The notes beneath the pieces were generated by a model that searched no databases, was not told where the DNA came from, and worked only from the letters and a program-made list of their open reading frames with translations. The position numbers and the translations under genes are program-made. A stretch of DNA of 64,000 nt from Camelus ferus (lineage: Eukaryota). How positions within the stretch are numbered: position 1 is the stretch's first letter; every line of letters begins with the position of its first letter. The stretch spans positions 5,582,001-5,646,000 of the forward strand of contig NC_045697.1 of NCBI RefSeq assembly GCF_009834535.1. The letters run 5' to 3'. Positions 1 through 12,989 of the stretch are shown piece by piece.

Positions 1-2390
1 TTTGTAGAACTCTAATAGAAGCAAAATCAATTATTGACAAGAAAATGGCTCAGGATTTTTTCAAGTTTGATTAGAGATATCAACCCACAGATTCAAGAAT
101 CTTTACAAATGCCAAGCAGGATAAATACAAAGAATAGAAACCACATTTGTAGACACACATTGTGTTCACCCCCAAGAAGTGAATAAATTCCCCACCCCTC
201 AACCCATCCATTCAAAATTTGGTTCAGATGTTGAGACTGATGACGTCAAACATGCACCAGCAGGGAAAGAAAAGGTTTGTTACTCACATAATGAGGCTTC
301 TGGGGAGAGCAGTGCCAGCTACCTCTAGCAGGTCCAAAAAGAGAGCGAAAGAGCCAGGAAAAAAGGCTGCCTTCAGTTTTTATGGTGACTAGAGGATGGA
401 GCTGGGATGAGGCTTCCCAGGTGAGGGCCAGGCTTGTGTGGTTCAAATTTCCCCCTGGCACAGATGGAGGAAGTGCACAGTGTTTGCCCAGATGTGGGGC
501 AAAGGGGGAGGTGGGAGAGGTGGCCTTGAAGGCTATCATCATCAAAGCTTCAAAATAAGGAGTCAGACTCTATGACAGCAAATCATAGTCAAACAACTGA
601 AAACTAACAGCAAAGAGATTACTCTTTAAAGATACTTTTTATCTTTAAAAGAGCAACAATAAGACTGACAACAGACTTCTCAACAGAAATGATAGAAGCC
701 AGGCAATGGAATGGCATCTTTTAATAGCCAACTAGAATTCCATACCCAGTGAAAATACTATTTCTTTAATGAAAGTAAAATAAAGACATTTTAGACAAAT
801 AAAAACTTAGAAAGTTTTTTGCCAGAAGAGAAACACTAAAAAAATTATTAAAGGAAAATAATCTGAAATAGAAGCACAAATAGGTAGGAAGAAATGAGGA
901 GTAATGGGAATGGTACATATATTGGTAAATATAAGTAAATACTATTTAAAACAAAAATAACAATGTACTTGGGGAATTAATATATATGAAGAATTAAATA
1001 CAGGACAGTATAGCACACAGGCAGAAAAGGATGAACAGGCTGAAAGTGTTGCCTTACGTAGGAAATAAAAATGCAAAAGTATTATCTAGGAAATGATGAC
1101 ATCCAAAAGTAGATGCAGTAGGTCAAGGGTGACCTTTTCTGTAGGGTAACGAGTACAGGAATAATAATAGAATGTATGATGAACAAGTTAGCAGAGCAGA
1201 GAAAATTAAACACAAATCAAAAATGCTTTATTAATGCAAAAATTGTCAGATACCTAAAAAAGGAAAACTTAATTATATTGTGACTATAAGAAATAGGTAG
1301 CTTAAATATAAGGAGTCTGAAAAATTGAAATGAGAAGGATTGAAATGAGAAGTTGATTAAGTATGTTAACAATAAAATCATTGCTATTAGCTGTATTAAC
1401 ATAAAGACATAGAGATAGCTGTATGTCTTTAGCAACATATAGTTAAAGAGATAATATATTCTTTAAGGCAAGATTTATTACCAGAGATATTTCATAATAT
1501 CAAAAAGTCCAATTTAACAAAGCAATATACAAAATCTGTATTTGCACATAGTTAATAACATAGCCTCAAGATAATAAACATAAACTGAGAGAAAAGGAGA
1601 AATAATCAAATCCATAATCATAGTGGATATGTTAACATAGCTCATTCAGTTATTGGAAAAAAGAATAGACAAAGATTCAGTAGATATAGAAGACTTGAAC
1701 AATGTAATTAATAAACCTGAGCCAACAAAAATATAGAGAGCACTGTAACCAACAAATTCTGGGTATATATTCTTTTCAAGAGCACATAGAATGTTTACAG
1801 AAATGAACCACATGCTGTGCAATAAAGCAAGCCTCAACAAATTTGAAAGGATTATCATCGTACAGATATATTCTGACTATAATGAAATAAGCTAGAAATC
1901 CATAACAACATAACTAGGAAACCCCTAAATGTTTGGAAATTAAGATATAGCCTTCTATAACTACACGTGGTTGCTCATTGCTCCTGGGGGGAACTTTAGG
2001 GGTCTCCTCTGGTACCTTCTTCTGACACCAGACCTAGTAATAGACAAACTGACATTTTAAGAGTTTATTGGAGCAAAAATCAACTTGAATCAGGTAGGGC
2101 CAAACCAGAAGTGTTTAGGAGTGCTCCTTCTATCAGGTGTCATATTTAAGTCTTTAGTCCTTTTCAAGTTAATTTTTGTGAGTGGTGTAAGATAGGGGTC
2201 CAGTAAAAAAAGATATAGTCCTTTAAATAATTAATAGGACACAAAATGGAAATGCTAAAATATTTTTAGCTAAAAGGTAAGGAAAAATGACATTAAATAC
2301 TTGTAGGATGCAATGAACACAGAGTTTACAAGGAAACATAAACTTAAATATAAGTATTAGAAAAGAAAAAAACCCAAAAAATCACTTATG
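1..2390 (+). mobile_element. Old, decayed LINE-1 (ORF1 end to ORF2 endonuclease region), interrupted by other insertions
   Basis: A-rich; remnant ...YIFFSRAHRMFTEMNHMLCNKASLNKF at ~1765-1845 resembles L1 endonuclease YTFFS-HG-FSKIDH--GHK-SLNKF. Confidence 0.8.
161..577. mobile_element. Probable old LTR (family unresolved) inserted in L1 ORF1
   Basis: TG...CA-bounded, more GC-rich block that interrupts otherwise continuous L1 ORF1-like sequence. Confidence 0.4.
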
Positions 2391-2395
2391 TAAAC

Positions 2396-2600
2396 CAGGA
2401 GTTAGCAAACTACAGACCATCAGCCAAATCTAAGCCATCATCTGGTTTTATACAGTTTTATTGGAACAGAGCTGCACCCATTTGTTACTATATTATCCAC
2501 AGCAGCTTCTTACTAGAACTCCAGAACTGAATGACTGTACAGCCTGCAAAGCCTGAAATATTTACTATCTGGCTTTTACTTAAAAATTTGCTGACCTATG
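2396..2600 (+). mobile_element. MER58A-like hAT-Charlie MITE
   Basis: caggagttagcaaactac...tttgctgacctatg ends; internal gttttattggaaca and aaatatttactatctgg. Confidence 0.8.
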
Positions 2601-2639
2601 ATCTATGTTTCATTAAGGGAAAAACAGCTCCATTTCTTT

Positions 2640-3448
2640 AAAATGAATAGCCATTTAAGAAGACATCCAAATGGCCAGTATACCTATGAATAACTACTAA
2701 ATATCATAAATCATTAAGAAAATGCAATTAAAACCACGAGTTTCCACAATATATCCACCAGAATGGCTAAAATATAAAAAGGGATAATGCCAAGTGTTGA
2801 CAAGAATCAGTGGAGCAGTTGAAATTCTCTCATACAGCTGGAGGCAGTATAAATTGGTACCAAAATTTTGGGAACCTGTTTGGTAGAACCGACAAAATCA
2901 TACTGTGAGATGCAGCAATTCCACTCCTAGGTATCTACCCAACAGAAATGTGTGTATAAATGCACCAATAGATACCTGTCACCATTATTTATAGCAGCGT
3001 TCATCACAGTAGCCAAAAACTGGAAATAAACTACATGTCCTTCAGCTGGAGAAGCGATAAACAAGTGGTGGCTTATTCACGCAATAGAATACAACACAGC
3101 AAGTAGAAAATGCAGCTGCACACAGCTACATGGATGAGTCTCACAGACGTGATGGTGAGTGAAGCAAGCCAGACACAAAAGAGAACACGCTGTGTGTTTT
3201 CATTTATACAAAATCCAAAAGCAAGCAAAAGTAATCTATGGTGACAGAAATCTAAATAGCAGTTCCCTCTGGTCAGGGATAATGATTGGGACCAGGCGTG
3301 AGAAAGACTTCCAGGCATGCGTCATGCTCTGTATCTTGATCTGAATGGTGGTTCCCAGGGAGTATCCTTCATTTTGCAAAAATTTTTAGAGCCATACACT
3401 TAAGATTTGTGAAAACTGCTGGATATATGTTTTAATTCCAAAAAAGTT
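2640..3448 (+). mobile_element. Old L1 ORF2 C-terminus and 3' UTR
   Basis: gaaaatgcaattaaaacc, gcaattccactcctaggtat, aactggaaataa and a typical old-L1 3' UTR. Confidence 0.8.
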
Positions 3449-3684
3449 GGCCCCTCAAAAGCAGAAATTTAATTCCTGGACAGGTAGAGTGGTGCTTAAG
3501 GAGGCAGATCTGGGGTCAGACAGCCCTGAGTTCAAGTCTTTGCTTAACTACTTACAACCTGTGTATCCTCAGACTATTTAGCCTCTCTGTTCCTCAGTTT
3601 ACTGATCTGTAAAATAGAGACAAAAGTGGTATTTAAGCCTAAGGTTGCTTTGAGGACTCATGAGTTGATCCATGCAAAGTTTTT

Positions 3685-3975
3685 TTTTTTTTTTATTTTT
3701 ATTGAAGTACAGTTGATTTACAATGTTAGTTTCAGGTGTACAGAAAAGCAGTTCGATTATACATATACATATATATATGCTTTCTTTTCACATCCTTTTC
3801 CATTATATTTTATTACAAGAAATTGAATATAGTTTCCTGTGCTGTACAGTAGGTCCTTGTTATTTATCCATTTTATGTATAGTAGTGTATATATGTTAAT
3901 CCCAGGCCCCTAATTTATCCCTCTCTGCCCTTTCCCCTTTGGTAACCAGAGTTTGTTTTCTACGCCCATGAGTCT
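3685..3975 (-). mobile_element. Cetartiodactyl-type L1 3' end with poly(A) tail
   Basis: Poly(T) then attgaagtacagttgatttacaatgttag...tttggtaacc...gagtctgtttt, the reverse complement of an L1 3' UTR similar to 62686-63145. Confidence 0.85.
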
Positions 3976-4073
3976 GTTTTGTTTTGTTTTTTTAATGGAG
4001 GTACTAGGGAGTGACCCCAGGACCTTGTGCATGCTAAGCATGTACTCTATTACTGAGCTATACCCCCAACCCC
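3976..4073 (-). mobile_element. Vic-1-like tRNA-derived SINE head
   Basis: Minus strand ggggttgggggtatagctcagtaatagagtacatgcttagcatgcacaaggtcctgggg...agtacctccattaaaa; similar to the copy at 20499. Confidence 0.85.
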
Positions 4074-4189
4074 CAAAGTTTTTACAATGGTGCCAAATAA
4101 ATAGTAAAAATCTCAATAATTGTTGCTCCTTTTTGGTTGTTATTATTATTTTTGCAACCAACTTGGAGGGCTGCACAAAGCTGGAGTGA

Positions 4190-4679
4190 AAAGCAAAGAC
4201 TTTACACTCTTGGGCATCTGTCCTAGAAACATGAAAACTTGTGTTCACACCAACACCAGTACGCAAATGATCATTGCAGCTTTATTCACAATAGACAGAA
4301 GCTGGAAACCCAAATGTCTTACAGTGGGTGAATGGTTCCAAACCATGGAACACCCATCAGCAATGAGAAGGAACAAACCATTGCACCATGAAACAACTTA
4401 GGTGATCCTCAAGGGAATTATGCTGGGTGAAAAAAAGTCAACCCTAAAATCATATAAATGTGTGCTTCCATTTATAAAACATCCTTGAAATCACAAAATT
4501 ATAGACCTGGAGAACAGATTTTGTGCTTGCAGGGGTTAGGGATTCGGGGTAGGGGAATAATAGGTGTGGTTTGTATATGGGTGACACGAAGGGTCCTTGT
4601 GCTTGTGGTGCTATTTGGTATCTTGACTGTGGTGGTAAATGCATGGACCTACAAATACGCTAAAATTGCACAAAACTAA

Positions 4680-4721
<42 letters not shown>

Positions 4722-4905
4722 ACACACACGTAAGTACACATAAAACGGAAAATCTGAATAAGGTGGGTGGATTGCATCAATGTCAGTCTCCCGATTGTGA
4801 TATTGTAGGATGGCTTTGCAAGATGTTGTCATTGGGGGAGGCTGGATAGAGGGTGCCCGAGCTCTCTCAGTATTACTTCTTACCACTGCACGTGAATCTA
4901 CAATG
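4190..4905 (+). mobile_element. Old L1 (L1MC/MB-like) 3' end containing a (GT)n/(AC)n microsatellite at ~4683-4729
   Basis: gcagctttattcacaatag, caagggaattatgctgggtgaaaaaaag, tacttcttaccactgcacgtgaatctac. Confidence 0.75.
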
Positions 4906-5761
4906 ATCCTTGATGTCGATCAGCCACTGTTGGAAGTCCTGACTCCATCACTGACCAGCTGGGGACTTTGGGCAGGTAAACTCCCTAAATCCTCAGTTGC
5001 CCCACCCACTAAAAGGAGACAGTCATAGTTCCTACTCCCTAGGGTTGTGGTAAGGATGGAGTCACTGAGCATAGTGTCTTGAAATACATAAGTCCTCAAC
5101 AGATGCCACCTTAAGGAAAATTAACACTGTTACCAATAAGAAATGAGATGAAGTGATTTGCCCCATGTTGCCCTGAAATGAGCCAAGATTCCAAGCCCCG
5201 AGGCTGCTTTCTACTCGATCAGAGGGGAGAGGATCAAAAGTGGGAAATCTGGGGGCGGATGCACTGGGTTTCTCCGCCTGACATTGTGTATGAGTGTCTT
5301 GGGGGAGGGGAGAATTAGGACCGGGGAAGAGGTGCATTAGGAGACAAAGGAGGAAGGGGTCAGAGAGCAGACACCAAAAAAATGCGCAGAAAATCAAAAG
5401 GCCGCTGGGAAACAATAGTTTAGGGGGCCATTGTGCTCTCCCCCAGATCCTCTGGCTCAGTCTGAATAGATTCCCCAGCCACGTCCTCCTCTCCCACCAG
5501 GGTGCATGCAGAGGTCAGCTGGGTTCAAGGATGTGACAGCTGCTCTGGACAGCGAAACGCACTGTATAAATGTTTGTTGTTGATGATGATGACAATTTTT
5601 GTAACTGCTGGTTGAAAGGACCCCCTGGCATCATTTCACATTCTGCACTGCCCTAGCTGGCCTAAATCCGTGCAACTCTTTGTCATTCTCCATGTGCCTG
5701 AAGCCAGGGCTCAAGGTCAGGACTTTTAGAGCCAGAGTGACCTCAGAAGCCCTCTAGGTCC

Positions 5762-5907
5762 TTGCACTCAAAGTTGGTCCAGAGACTGGCAGAAGCAATG
5801 GCATCACCTGGGAGTTTGTTAGACTCTCTGTCCCCACTCCAGACCCCAGAATCAGACTACATTTTAACAGCATCCTCGGGTGATGTGCTAGAAAGGCACT
5901 GCTCTAG
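5762..5907. mobile_element. MER5A-like hAT-Charlie MITE
   Basis: ctcaaagt..ggtcc...gcatcacctgggagtttgttaga...gaatcaga...cattttaaca...cactgctctag. Confidence 0.65.
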
Positions 5908-7113
5908 TCCAGCCTTCTGGCTTATTGCCAAGGAAACAAATGCACAGAGAGGGTGAGGGATTGCTCCAAATCACAAAGCATGTTTGCACCGGAGCCAGAA
6001 CCCGGGCTTCTGGGCTCCCAGATGGCTGCCTTTAGCCAGAAGCTATTGTTTAAATGGATTGACGAGGAAAGAGGTTGAGCTTCCTTAGTAAGGAGGGCAG
6101 TTCTCTGTCTTCTCTCCTGAAAGCTGTCCTGGTAGGAAAGCAATGCCCTTGGTTGACCTCACTCAGCTTGTGGTTTGGGTACAGGTAACAAGTCCATCTA
6201 GTCTGCAAACATAGAAAATCCTCTCTTTCAAGGAAGATGGTGCAGAAACATCACAGGAGCTGGATTATTTTTGAGATAGACCACTACCTCTTTTTGTGCC
6301 TCGGTATCCTTATCTGGAAAAGGCACTCTTCCCTGACAACCATGCATTAAGCACCTGAACCCGCCAAGCCTGGTGCCCAGTCCTCAGTAAAGATTCACAG
6401 GTGCTTACAGCCTGGTGGTCACGCATGTCACAAGATACAGGAAGGCTATGTAGTGTCTGCTAAAGATGCAAGGGAAAGTAGGGGGCAGTGGAGAGATCGC
6501 ACCCAGAAAAAACGCAGGGAATCGCAAGCCATCACTGCTGGAAACATTTATTGGACCCCATTTGCCAAAGCCAACCTTTGGTGTCTTCCCTTCCCATAAT
6601 GCTCATTCAGGTGAAACCAAAATGTTTCTTCCATGAACCATATCAGTTGAAGAATGGTAGTGCTGGAAGAGGCATCATGTTAGAAGCCTCCTGGTCCATC
6701 TCCATCTCCCAGAAGGGGAAACTGAGACCCAGAGAGGGGCAGAGGGCTCCCTGGGGACACACAGCATTAGTGGTAGCACCAGGACTCTCCACCCCTTTTC
6801 TGGTACACTTTCCATCTCACGTCCTTCCCCCAACTTTCAAATCAATATTGACAAGCGTCCTCCCTCTATAGGCAGCAGGAGGGTGATTGAGATTTGGTTA
6901 CAGTTGGTTCCTGCTCTGGGGAAGCTCACAACTTAGCCCAGGCTTAGCCAGAGGAGATTCTGCTCACTTAAAAGTCGCAACACTAGAAGGATGGGAGGCG
7001 TCCCCTACCCCCGCCCCAGTATGGGGGCGGGACGGGACTGGGCGGGGCCCCAAGAGGGTGGGACCATTCTAGGGGTTGGGTACCCTGGGGAAGTGTCTGC
7101 AACTCACAAGATG

Positions 7114-7545
7114 CAAGGGGGGCTTTCCAACAAAAATCTTGGAGCCCTGGCAAAGTAATTTTTGGCTCCACCGTGAGAAAAGCAACTGCGAAGTCAAAAC
7201 TAATAAATGTTTAATTAAATGTCTACAGAAGGTAGCACCGTGTCAACATCATTAACTCGCTAAATTAATTATTCCTAAAAATTTCATCACATGTGAAAAC
7301 GATTTAGATTCTCTCACTTTGCAAGAATTTCCCAGTTCGCCCAATCAGTCCTAAGAAATTGCAGCCATTATAAATTAGGGCCTTGTAACCAAGTAAGGCG
7401 AAATTAAAGTTATGAAAAAAATCCTTTCAAACATTGTATCGTATAAAAGCTATATGTAATGTGTAGGGTGTTGCTTTTTAAGCGTTTGCTATGATGAGAG
7501 CTGGGACCTCCAAAACAGAGGTACCTAAGGTCCTGCAAGTTACCA
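7114..7545. mobile_element. Probable old hAT/Tip100-type DNA transposon remnant
   Basis: AT-rich core with GC-rich ends resembling Tip100-class elements; family not resolved. Confidence 0.35.
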
Positions 7546-8169
7546 GAACTTGGTATAACTAGCTCAGGGCTGGTGTCAGACTAGCCTGCCAGAAAGCCTT
7601 GGGGAAGTCACTCAGCAACTTTGAGCTTCGGTTTTTCCCTTTCTGAAATCTGCAGGGGAGTCAGTAACCCCAGCTGCGGGAGACTGTTGGGGGAATCCAG
7701 ACCAGGCAGTAAAGAGAAGTGGGTACCAGCTAGACACTACATCCTTCACTTGCCTGGAACGCAGAATTTAAACGGGCGCCAAAAATCTCTGTAGCCAAGA
7801 TAAATAATATTTCGATGCAGGAGATTTTTTAAAAAGCAAAATAAATGCACATACAAAAAAAAAAAAAAAGGGCAGATGAACAAAAATACCAAATATGAAA
7901 ACACAGTCTGTCGGGGACTCTGGGGCCAACCAGTCTGGCAGCACCACGTCTAGCTCTGCAATCTGGTGCCTCAATTCGTGCCTCGGTTCCTTTAGCTGTA
8001 GAATGGGGCTAACCATCCTCCTAACTCGAGGAATTTTCGGGAGGAGGAAATGGGTTAATAGATTGCATATATTGCATTGGATTTAAAAGCGTGCCTAGCA
8101 GGTAGACGCTTCAAGTCCTTACTATTACGGTGCAAAGAAAGCATTGCACTCAGTGGGAACTTCACCCAT

Positions 8170-8720
8170 GGTAGGAGAAACCCCAGGTCGCGCTGTCACC
8201 AAAATTCCGTTCGGGCCAGGGCCGGGCAGAGGCGCGCTCTTGTTGCGGTTGGAGGGGCCCGCGCTGCGGCTTCGGCCCCCGGGAGGCCCTGGCGGGGCTC
8301 GAGGGTCGCGGAGCCGGGCCGGGGCGCGCGGGGCAGGCGCGGCCACCCGCTGACCCCGCCGCGCTCCGACTCCGCCTTTGTCCGGCTCCGCGCTGCGGGC
8401 CGCGCGCTCCTCCCCGCGTCGAGGCGGCCGAGCGCCCTTTGTCCGCCCCGCGGCGTCTCGGGGCGGCGCTGACACTTGATCCCGCGGCCCAGCCAGCCCC
8501 TCATCAGGCCCGGACGCACTTCAAAGTGTGCGCGACCGTCCAGCTCCGAAGGCCATCCCGGTGGGGCTGCGCCCGCCGAGCGACGGGGCCAGACAGTGCG
8601 AGAGGGCGCGGTGACCGTCCCTGCCCCGCCGCGCCGGGGACATCGCGGGGGGGCGCGGGCGTCGGGGCTCCCGGGTGAACATCGGTTCCTTTGGTGGGAG
8701 GTGGGGTGGCGCCAGTAATG
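8170..8720. promoter_or_regulatory. Orphan CpG island ~24 kb upstream of STX18
   Basis: About 550 bp of very GC- and CpG-rich sequence with no recognisable repeat or protein. Confidence 0.8.
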
Positions 8721-9565
8721 AAACGCCTTTTGTCCATTTCAGACTCCAGCAGAGTGCGTAATTATCTTCAAGGTTTTCTTCTTGTAAATTAAACAGCCCC
8801 CTACCTCGCCTTTGGCCATTTCTGAGACCAAAGGAATCCCTGAGACTGACCGGAAGAGTTACACGCTGGGGGTAAATGACCGCACAAACGTTTGCCTGGG
8901 CCTCGCTGGATTGGCAGGGACGCTCATAGTTTTAGGACAGATGGGGTGTGTGTGGCGGGGGCGGGGGGGAGGTTTGGGGGCACTGGGAGGTGGTTGTTCT
9001 CCAATGGAGACATGATGGGGGCGGAGAGACATAGGTTCCAAGCCAGCACACACACACTTCACCTGTTCCAGTCTTTTCATACCACAGTGAACTTCTCCTG
9101 GCTCCTTGGTCTCCCCATCAACCCACATGCTGTTCCTTCTCATTGAAAGTCTCTTCCCATCATTTTCTACCTGATGAACTCCTACCTCCCGGAGGTCCTA
9201 CTCAACTCATCCTCAAGGAGAAGTCTTTTCCCTCCTTCAGAGTCTTCTTGGTTTAGCAGAGGAGATCTGGAGCAAGACTGTGGCTGCTTGGAAGCCTGAC
9301 TGGACCACATACCTCACCCTGGGAGAGAGGCTGGAGCAGGGATAGGTATCGGGTGGGTGAGTCCTGGACCAGTTTTCCCAGATGCTCACCTTGAGGTGAG
9401 AATTAGCGGGCAAGGGGTTCATTAAGGAAGTGCTCCTAGGGAAAAGCTGTAGGGGAGTAAAGGAAGCTGAGCTGGGCAGGGGCAGAGGGCAAGCAAGGCT
9501 GCCAGGTCAAAGTCCCAGTCTTAGCCTGACCCCACAGGGAGCTCCTGAGCGCTAATTACACCTCC

Positions 9566-10494
9566 GTAAACTCCTTGACATCAGTCTTGGTAATGATTTT
9601 TTAAATCTGACACCAAAAGCAAAAACAACAAAAGCAAACATAAGTAAGTGGGACTGCACCAAACTAAAATGCTTTTGCACAGCAAAGGAAGCCATCAACA
9701 AAATGAAAAGGCAACCTACTGAATGGGAGAAAATGTCTGCAAATCATATCTCTGATAAGGGGGTTAATATCCAAAATATACAAAGAACTTATACAACTCA
9801 ATAGCAAAAAAAAAAAAAAATCTAATTTAAAAAATGAGTAGATGATCTGAATTTTTCCAAAAAAGACATACAGAAAGTCAGTAAATTCATGAAAGGCTGC
9901 TTCACACCACTAATCATTAGGGACATGCAGATGGAAACCACAGTGAAATGTCATCTCACACCTGTCAGAATGGCTATTAGCAAAAAGACAAGCAGTAACA
10001 AGTGTTGGCGAGGATGTGGAGAAAAGGGAACCCTTGTGCATTGTTGGTGATGTTAACTGGTGCAGCCACTGTGGAAAGCAGTAGGGAGATTCTTCAAAAA
10101 ATTAAAACTAGAACTATCATACAATCCAGCAATGCCAGTCCTGGGTATTTGTCTGAAGAAAATGAACACGCTAATTCGAAAAGATATCTGCACCCCCATG
10201 TTCACTGCAGCACAGTTTACAATAGCCAAGACATGGAAAACAACCTAAGTGTCCACTGATGGATGCGTGGATAAAGAAGATGTGGTATATACATGCAATG
10301 GAATATTATTCAACCATAAAAAAGAATGAAATATGGCACTTGTGACAGCATGAATGGAGCTTGAGGGAATAATGCTAAGTGAAATAAGTCAGACAGAGAG
10401 AGACAAATACTCCCTGATCTTATATGTGGAATCTAAAATACATAAACAAATAAACCCAGCTCAGAAAAAAGAAAAACAATTAAATAAATAAACA
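9566..10494 (+). mobile_element. 5'-truncated L1 (L1MA-like) with 12-bp TSD, inserted in an older ERVL-type LTR (~9370-10640)
   Basis: TSD aattacacctcc at 9554-9565 and 10495-10506; ORF2 remnant QPLWKAVGRFFKKL...[18 protein letters not shown]-rich tail. Confidence 0.9.
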
Positions 10495-11297
10495 AATTAC
10501 ACCTCCCAATTTATTCTGCTGGCAAAGCAAGGAACGTAGACTCTCCCACCTGTCAGTCTTTGGCTACTGAGAGTAAGGGGTGGGGGGAGGCAGGGCTGGG
10601 AGAGGCACACACGTAGGAGAACTGCTTGTATGCCATCACTGCCAGTGCAGAAGAAGCGGCTCCAGCAGCCCAGGGCAGGCCCCTGAAGAAGGCTGCAGGT
10701 GTGAGTCTTTAAGAGCTGAGAACACAGAAGCTTGGGGGATGAGTGGGCAGAGCCAGTAAAAGGCCTCTGAGTTGTCAGGCGGGTGAGGGGTGGAGGAGGT
10801 GGTCCAGGTGCCCAGGGTCTCAGGGCAGAGCACCAAGAGTGTCCGTCCACTGGGGTAGCTCACAATGGATGTGCCACGTCACAGCTCAGAAAACATCTCT
10901 TGTTCTTCTCATTTGTCTGCCTTACCCAGTAAACAATTGGGGTGGGGAGGGGCACCGACAGTGTCTTATTTCTCGCCATATTCATAGCACCCACACCGAG
11001 CACTCTGTAGACCTCAACAGAACGAGCACTGCTCCCAGCTCCAACTTTTACTGCCTTCATGCCCTTGGCCAGACACCCCATTTCTGAGCCTCAGTGTCCT
11101 TATTCATGTACCCCCAAACAATAGGTACTGAGTGTCTCCTACCTGCTGGCCTTTTATCTCTTGGCACTCAGGATACAGCAGTGCGTGAAGCAAAGACCCC
11201 TCCCCATACCAGCCTGAGTTCAAGGGGACGAAGAAAATAAACATCATAAATAAGTGAAATATAGAGTATGTTAAAAAGCAGTACCTTCAGGGTGGCT

Positions 11298-11965
11298 ACC
11301 TCAAAAAGACAGAAACAAATGAAATAACAGGTGTTAGCAGGGATGTGGGGTAATTGGAACCCTGGTGCACTGGTGGTAGGAATATAAAATGGTGCAACCA
11401 CTGTGGAAGACAGTATGGTGGTTCCTCAAAAAATGAAACATAGGAGTAAATAGCAATTCCATTTCTGGATATACACCTAAAAGAATACAAATATCAAACA
11501 GACATCTACATACTCTGTTTGTGGCATTATTCACAATAGCAAAAAGATGGAAGCAACCTAAGTGTCTATCAACAGATGAATGGGTATACATGTGGTGGAA
11601 CATTATTCAGGTTTAAAAAGGAAGGACTTACGGACACACTCACAACATGGATGAGTCTTGAAAACATTATGCTACGGGAAAGAAGCCAGTCACAAGAGGA
11701 CAAATACTGGATGACTGCACTTACATGACGTAGTGAAATTCCCAGAAACAGAAAGTAGAAGGGCGGCGGCCAGGGGCTGGTGGGAGGGAAGGGGGGCGGA
11801 GAGTGGCTGTTTAGTGGGGCAGAATTTCTGTTTTGCAAAACGAAGAGATGGATGGTGGCAATGATTGCACAACACTGTGAATGTACCTAATGCCACCAAA
11901 CTGGATGCTTAAAAATAGTTAAAATAATCAATTTTATGTTACATATATTTTACCAGAATTTGTCT
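11298..11965 (+). mobile_element. L1MB-like 3' end within L2 remnants
   Basis: gaaccctggtgcactgg, gcattattcacaatagcaaaaagatggaagcaacc, ttttatgttacatatattttacc. Confidence 0.8.
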
Positions 11966-12304
11966 TAAGAAAGCAATATACGCTATAGAGAAAAAAGAGT
12001 AGGAGCGGAACCAGGGAGTCGGGGCGTGGGTGGAGGTGAGTATGCAGTGATAAATACCGTGGTCAGGGCAGGTCTGATTTGAGCAAAGATCTCTTAGCAC
12101 GTGAAGGATCCGTGTGGGTTCCAGGGGTCAGAGAAACCCAAGGAGAGCCCGTGCAAAGACTCAGAGCTTGCCCGACGTGGTCACAGGGCAGCAGGGGGGC
12201 TGCTGGCACTGTGTGAGTGAAGTGGGGAGCTGGCTTACAGGATGGGGGAAACAGTACGACTCTCCTGGGGTAAGAGGCAGGTGAGGGGTGACATTAAGAT
12301 GACA

Positions 12305-12780
12305 TTTGTGTTGGTCTGGGTGCTACGGTGTTAAACGTGCAAAGGTTTTATTTGGGGAAATAACCGTGAGAGGAAAAAAAGGGGAGGCTCAGAGACCATC
12401 GGACTGCGAGGCAAGTCTGACCCTGGGTGAGGAAGCAGGGAGAGAAGGTGGACAACATTCTGTATCCCAGCACTGACCATGGCAGGTTCAGCCAGCCCCT
12501 CCAAGAGCCCTGGAGCCCAGGCTGGCCCTCAGAGCAGTCCTGTGTCTCCCAGGAAATGGCCTGCCTCAGTACCCGGGCTGTGCTCAGCCACTAGTGTGGA
12601 GCAGGGTGGTCTGGGCACAGAAAGGGTGATGGACTTTAGAGCCCAGCTGATGGACCTTTGTCAATTATGCTCCTGTGGTTGAAGATCTGGGAGGCGCATT
12701 CTGAAGGCGGCCACACATTCCTTAGAATCCAGTAAGGGTGGCCCAGTGTGAGGTAGGGGAACCCAAGGAGGGTGCCACGT
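12305..12780 (-). mobile_element. Old ERVL-type LTR (LTR33/LTR40-like)
   Basis: tttatttgggg (minus-strand AATAAA), gcaagtctgaccc, cctgtgtctcccaggaaatggcctgcctcagtacc. Confidence 0.5.
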
Positions 12781-12989
12781 AGGAGGGCTGCCAGTGTGAG
12801 TGCTGGAGCTCTGGCTGAGCGTGGGATCCAGGGTGCGGAAGGGGGACCCATAGACATGTTGGAGCCCAAGCAGGGTGAGGGCGTCCATGCAGGGACAAAC
12901 CCTAGAACCAGGCGCCAGGCCTCCTTGGAGTAAGAAAGGCATCCTTGTAAGGGAAGGCGTGGCCTTGGAGAAGGAGGATTATTTACACA

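Larger units (their letters stand above)
3485..4150 (+). mobile_element. MIR SINE split by a younger insertion at 3675-4083
   Basis: MIR core cctctctgttcctcagttt..ctgtaaaat; MIR tail resumes after 4083 (acaatggtgcc...ctcaataattgtt). Confidence 0.75.

Noticed and set aside
8077..8737. Several overlapping 70-130 aa ORFs on both strands
   Set aside because: Expected from stop-codon scarcity in a CpG island; low-complexity R/P/G/A sequences with no recognisable domain
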